DNA of 64,000 nt, taken from an uncultured delta proteobacterium. GTDB taxonomy: Bacteria > Desulfobacterota > BSN033 > UBA1163. This document shows positions 59,964 through 64,000 of this stretch, one piece after another. Position numbers and translations under genes: made by a program. Below the pieces are notes generated by a model that saw only the letters and a program-made list of their open reading frames with translations, did not search any database and had not been told where the DNA came from. The stretch spans positions 64,001-128,000 of the forward strand of contig CAVPSJ010000020.1 of assembly GCA_963708295.1 (NCBI GenBank). The letters are read 5' to 3'. Each line of letters opens with the position of its first letter. Position 1 is the first letter of the stretch.

Positions 59964-60695
59964 TCAAGGTCTTTTTTGAGATTTTCTTAGGGGGCGCCCC
60001 GTAGCCATGGACCATTTTTCCCACCACCTTTCTTTGAGTTTATCCTTTCTCCCATTCGTGTCTTCTTCGCCTAGGTCAGGCCGTGCATATCGTATCTCCA
60101 AGCCATGAGCACTTGCGTAATCCCTGGCAATGTTCAGTAATGCTTCGTAGGCCTCTGGAGGAGTCCAATCATGGTGGAAGGCTAGGAGCATCTGAAGCCA
60201 GGTGACTGGCGATACACCCCTCTCGAGAAGGCGCTGAACGGCAGTCTGATGGGCTCCAAGGCTTACGTCCCCGCATGCGTCCACGACCATAAAGACTTCA
60301 TATCCGAGCTGTCGGGCCTGCTCGACGCTGGGGACGACGCCGAAATCCGTCCATAAACCGGCGATCACCAGCTTATTGCGGCCGATCTTCTCCATTGCGG
60401 TGAGAAACCGGGTGTCTTCAAAGGGGCTTAAGGTGGTTCGGTCGATGGGATTCTGGTCGGGAAAGATTTCCTGAAGTTCTGGAAAGACGGGGCCGCCGAG
60501 GTTCGATTCTCCGATCGTCGTCAGCAGAGTGGGGATGTTAAAGATCCTCGCAATCTTTGCAAGGTTGATCGCATTGCGAACAAGGATATCTTTATTGATG
60601 GAACCGATGGTTAAGGCATACCGGGGTTGATAGTCCATCAGGATCACAGTGCAGTTATTTGGGGCGAGTCGGCCATCGATAGGTTGTAAAATCAT
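59964..60695 (-). CDS. Isochorismatase-like hydrolase (YcaC-like)
   Basis: LMDYQP, IDRT, AGLWTD, VVDACG; the usual catalytic Cys after GLWT is not seen. Confidence 0.8.
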   Translation of the reverse strand: MILQPIDGRLAPNNCTVILMDYQPRYALTIGSINKDILVRNAINLAKIARIFNIPTLLTTIGESNLGGPVFPELQEIFPDQNPIDRTTLSPFEDTRFLTAMEKIGRNKLVIAGLWTDFGVVPSVEQARQLGYEVFMVVDACGDVSLGAHQTAVQRLLERGVSPVTWLQMLLAFHHDWTPPEAYEALLNIARDYASAHGLEIRYARPDLGEEDTNGRKDKLKERWWEKWSMATGRPLRKSQKRP

Positions 60696-60859
60696 AGGAT
60701 CCTTTTAGACTTTTTATATTGGTCCTGAGTATAGTATTGAAGAAGTCGGACTTGCCATTTCAGGATTCGAATCTTGATCTTCGTAACCATCTTATGTCTC
60801 TCCTTATCGAATCAATGCATCTCCGCCGGGGCTTGCTTGTTCGGAGCGGTTCGCTCGCG

Positions 60860-61216
60860 CTATTCGAGGATGGTGTTTTGGGGTGGGGTGATCTCCGCTT
60901 CTTCATCCGCCGCGAAGGATCTGCCTAAACACGCATCCACCATTCCAATAAGCCGAGTGGCGCTGGAGAGGAGGTCCTCCATTCGATTTGCCACCTCCTC
61001 ATCCATATTTCCATAGTATCCCCGGGTCAGGAGCTTAAGCGTCGCCAGCATGGAAAGAAGCGAGCCTCGGATGTCCTGCGACATCATCTCCAGGAGATTC
61101 AAAAGGGTTTCTTCTGAGCCCGATGCTAATCCTTCCGGAGCATGATCCTGGAGGAGTCTCGAGTCGTGGAGGCTTCGGGAATCGCTGCCTCCCGACGAAA
61201 TGACAGGGTGGATCAT
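60860..61216 (-). CDS. Short HisKA-like protein lacking the phospho-His and ATPase domain
   Basis: MMSQDIRGSL in place of SHDxRxPL; RBS GAGGAGG. Confidence 0.5.
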   Translation of the reverse strand: MIHPVISSGGSDSRSLHDSRLLQDHAPEGLASGSEETLLNLLEMMSQDIRGSLLSMLATLKLLTRGYYGNMDEEVANRMEDLLSSATRLIGMVDACLGRSFAADEEAEITPPQNTILE

Positions 61217-61268
61217 CGGGTTACCTCCTCATTCCTTCATCCCCTTTTCAGGAAGGAGAGACTGCGAT

Positions 61269-61640
61269 TCAGCGGTCTCTCAGAATGGACTCCACTAATA
61301 CCAAAATCCCTTCGCGGCTTGAAGAACCTTTCGCAAGAAAATGGTTCGCTCTGGCTTTCACCGCCGCCTCCCGATATTCCGGGGTATCGTAACTCGTCAG
61401 AACAACAACCACCACCTGAGGGTATTCGGCTTTTATTTTGGCGGTGAGATCCAGGCCGTTTTCCCCGGGGAGTTTGATGTCCATGAAGATCAGGTCGGGG
61501 TGATGGGCCGTCACTTGTCGCTTCGCTTCCTCCCCATCTGCCGCTTCAAAAACCTCCATCGACGGGAATCGAGATTGCAGAGTTTCTTTGAGCAATGTTC
61601 GGAAGATCGTGCTGTCCTCTACAATTAATACTCTGGGCAC
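61269..61640 (-). CDS. Single-domain response regulator
   Basis: LIVED, FMDIKLP, LTSYD, LAK. Confidence 0.88.
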   Translation of the reverse strand: MPRVLIVEDSTIFRTLLKETLQSRFPSMEVFEAADGEEAKRQVTAHHPDLIFMDIKLPGENGLDLTAKIKAEYPQVVVVVLTSYDTPEYREAAVKARANHFLAKGSSSREGILVLVESILRDR

Positions 61641-61656
61641 GTGGATCTGGCCTCCT

Positions 61657-62088
61657 CTAGGGTGAACCGTTTGGATTTGAATCATCTTGTTCCAGTTGCG
61701 GATGGGATGAAATGGAATTGATCAATTTAAGAAAGGAGTCCTTTGAGATAAAATGATCAGCTCCAGATTGGAACGCCGCCTCCCGGTATTCGGGTAAATC
61801 ATAATTTGTGATGATGACGACAATGGTGTCAGGATATTGGGCCTTTATTTTTTGTGTGAGTTCAAGGCCGTTTGCCCCGGGCAATCGAAGGTCCGTAAAG
61901 ATGGTATCGGGCAAGAAGGTTTCCATTCTCATCAACGCTTCCTCCCCGTTCTTTGCATCGAGAATATCAAGCGAAGGCAGTCGGGCGTGAAGGGTTTCTT
62001 TAAGAAATTGCAGGAAATAGACGTTGTCCTCAACAAGGAGTATGCGTTTCATATTTGGCCGGATTGATTCTTTTCCCCTGTCCGTCAC
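61657..62088 (-). CDS. Single-domain response regulator
   Basis: LLVED, FTDLRLP, ITNYD, ISK. Confidence 0.85.
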   Translation of the reverse strand: MTDRGKESIRPNMKRILLVEDNVYFLQFLKETLHARLPSLDILDAKNGEEALMRMETFLPDTIFTDLRLPGANGLELTQKIKAQYPDTIVVIITNYDLPEYREAAFQSGADHFISKDSFLKLINSISSHPQLEQDDSNPNGSP

Positions 62089-62301
62089 CCCAACACTTTA
62101 CTATTGTCTGCAAACATGGTAAATAGGGTGTACACTGTAGATTGTGAGCTTTCGTACCGTATTTTCACTTTTCCCCTTCTCCCAGAGGGGAAAAAACAGA
62201 GGCAAATCAGGGGGGATGGGACCAAGAACAACCTCGTTTGTATCAGGAAAGAATGTCTGCCGGCAGGAAGAGACAGCAAAAAACGGAGGTGGGTTGAAAT
62301 C

Positions 62302-62961
62302 ATGAGCCAAAAAATTCGAATCGTTGTCGCTGAAGACCATACCATTCTCAGGGAGGGATTACGGTCACTCCTTTGTTCCAATCCAGGTTTCGAGGTTGTG
62401 GCGGAGGCAGAAAACGGCCGGGAAGCCATCAAGTGCGTTTCGAAATTCAAACCCGACCTCATCCTGACGGATCTCTCTATGCCAAAGTTGAATGGGATGG
62501 AGGCGATCAAGGAGATCAAGAGGGAATCCCCCGAGACGAAGATTCTGGTCTTGACGGTTCACAGGGCTGAAGAATACATTTTTGCTACCTTCCGGGCCGG
62601 AGCGGATGGGTATATCTTGAAAGATTCCACGCATGCCGAGTTGGCGATGGCCGTCAAGAAGGTCTTAAGCGGGAAACACTATATTAGCCCTGAAATCTCC
62701 GAAAAGGTGATTGAGGGGTATTTGGAAGGAAAGAAAACGTTAAAAGTCCGTACATCCTGGGAAAACCTGACTCAACGCGAGAGAGAAATCCTGAAGTTGA
62801 TTGCCGAGGGGTACAAGAACAAAGAGATTGCAGAGGACCTTTGCATCAGCGTGAAGACGGTGGAGAAACATCGGGCCAACCTCATGGAGAAATTGGACCT
62901 TCACAACATCCAGGCGCTGACCACCTTTGCCATCGAAAAAGGAATCGTCAGTAGAGAATGA
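62302..62961 (+). CDS. NarL/LuxR family response regulator
   Basis: AEDH, DLSMP, LTQREREIL...SVKTVEKHRANLM. Confidence 0.93.
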   Translation: MSQKIRIVVAEDHTILREGLRSLLCSNPGFEVVAEAENGREAIKCVSKFKPDLILTDLSMPKLNGMEAIKEIKRESPETKILVLTVHRAEEYIFATFRAGADGYILKDSTHAELAMAVKKVLSGKHYISPEISEKVIEGYLEGKKTLKVRTSWENLTQREREILKLIAEGYKNKEIAEDLCISVKTVEKHRANLMEKLDLHNIQALTTFAIEKGIVSRE

Positions 62962-63002
62962 GAGAGAGATGTCCCCGCGTCACTCTATCTCCCTGTCAGA
63001 TT

Positions 63003-64000
63003 CTACAATGTCCAGCTTGCTCTGACGGTGGTCCCTTTTCCTTGGGTCGATTCAATTGCAAAAGTCCCTCCCGAAAGTTCCGCTCGTTCTTTCATGCTGC
63101 CAAGCCCCAATCCCCTCTTCGACCGTTCCGAAGAGAGAACGTATTCTAAGTCGAATCCCATCCCGTTATCTTCAATGCTCCACTCTATTTTGTTCTCCTG
63201 CTTTTTGAGCGAAAGACGAACGAGGTCGGCCTGGCTGTGTTTGGCGATGTTGTTCATGGCTTCCTGCGTCAGTCGGTAGAGCACCACCTTCAGGGGGATA
63301 GAGACTTCACTTTCCTCGAGGGAGATCTCTTTTTCGATACGAATGCGAGAGTAGATTCTCTGATATTCCCGGCAGAACCACCCGAGGGTGGCCAGGACCC
63401 CCAGGTCATCCAGGGTGGAGGGGCGCAAATCCATCTGCATCCTTCGTACTTCTTCAATAGTCTCCTTAATCATTGGAATAATCGCTTCCAGTGATTTGCC
63501 TTTCGCTCCGACCTTCCCTTTCCCCATCTCTTGAACGGTATTCTCCACTTTGAATTTGATCGCTGTCAACATCTGTCCGATGCCGTCATGGAGTTCCAAA
63601 GCAATCCGCTTTCTTTCACTTTCCTGGGCGGTCAAGAGCTGGGAGGAGAGAGCGCGAAGTCGAACTTCCGATTCCTTTAATGCCTCCTCGGCTCTTTTCC
63701 GCTCCGTGATATCCCGCGCGGCTGCGAAAACTCCTTGAATTTCACCGGCTTCATTCCGGTAAATGGTGGCGTTGTATAAAACGTCGGTGATCATCCCCGA
63801 CCTGTGTCGAATGGCAAGGGGATAATCCCGGGCCGTCCCTTTCAAGAAGGCGGTCTGGTAGCCCTCTCTCGCCTTGTCGGGGTCGGCGAAGTAATTCGAG
63901 AAGTCGCTTCCGATCAGCTGTTCACGGGTGACGCCGGTCGCCAGTTCCGTAGCGCTGTTTACGTCCGTTACTTTTCCTTCAGAGTTAATGGTGAGGAGAG
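63003..64000 (-). CDS. PAS-domain NarX/HisKA_3 sensor kinase (5' end outside the window)
   Basis: ARDITERK, ELHDGIGQ, QEAMNNIAKH, DNGMGF, GLGL. Confidence 0.9.
   Translation of the reverse strand, partial: LLTINSEGKVTDVNSATELATGVTREQLIGSDFSNYFADPDKAREGYQTAFLKGTARDYPLAIRHRSGMITDVLYNATIYRNEAGEIQGVFAAARDITERKRAEEALKESEVRLRALSSQLLTAQESERKRIALELHDGIGQMLTAIKFKVENTVQEMGKGKVGAKGKSLEAIIPMIKETIEEVRRMQMDLRPSTLDDLGVLATLGWFCREYQRIYSRIRIEKEISLEESEVSIPLKVVLYRLTQEAMNNIAKHSQADLVRLSLKKQENKIEWSIEDNGMGFDLEYVLSSERSKRGLGLGSMKERAELSGGTFAIESTQGKGTTVRASWTL

Overview
A gene-dense 64 kb window from what is probably an anaerobic Desulfobacterota/Deltaproteobacteria-type genome. This is inferred from the tri-domain NifU-NifS, HgcC, the multiheme cytochrome, the many TRAP and Mo-enzyme genes and the repeat style. 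In order: end of a pentose-phosphate operon (tal-gnd-zwf-pgl); arsS, a MerA-like flavoprotein and a DedA/TVP38 gene; attH; a mobile patch (Y1/RAYT transposase with perfect 26-bp terminal inverted repeats, truncated IS110, possible group II intron 5' remnant, RelE TA); an NHEJ cluster (two Ku, split LigD, DUF72); an AttEFG-type ABC transporter; a candidate undescribed RiPP locus; hgcC-arsM; nifUS; a nucleotidyltransferase pair with a tandem 22-bp operator; assorted transport and metabolic genes; a ~17 kb putative anaerobic aromatic-catabolism region (UbiD C/D, two catechol-dehydroxylase-like Mo enzymes, TRAP/TTT, cyclase, amidohydrolase); and two-component genes. The best lead is the RiPP candidate. 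A 20-aa ORF missing from the ORF track (24608-24670, minus; MTIKKVAKKFSGLCKCKASC) is translationally coupled to a radical SAM/SPASM enzyme, which is preceded by a small 3-Cys protein and followed by a circularly permuted ATP-grasp gene. Intergenic DNA is full of REP- and MITE-like palindromes. Many single-base frameshifts, densest at 53-57 kb, suggest indel errors in the assembly. No tRNA, rRNA or CRISPR array was seen. All family calls come from recognising motifs by eye, not from database searches.
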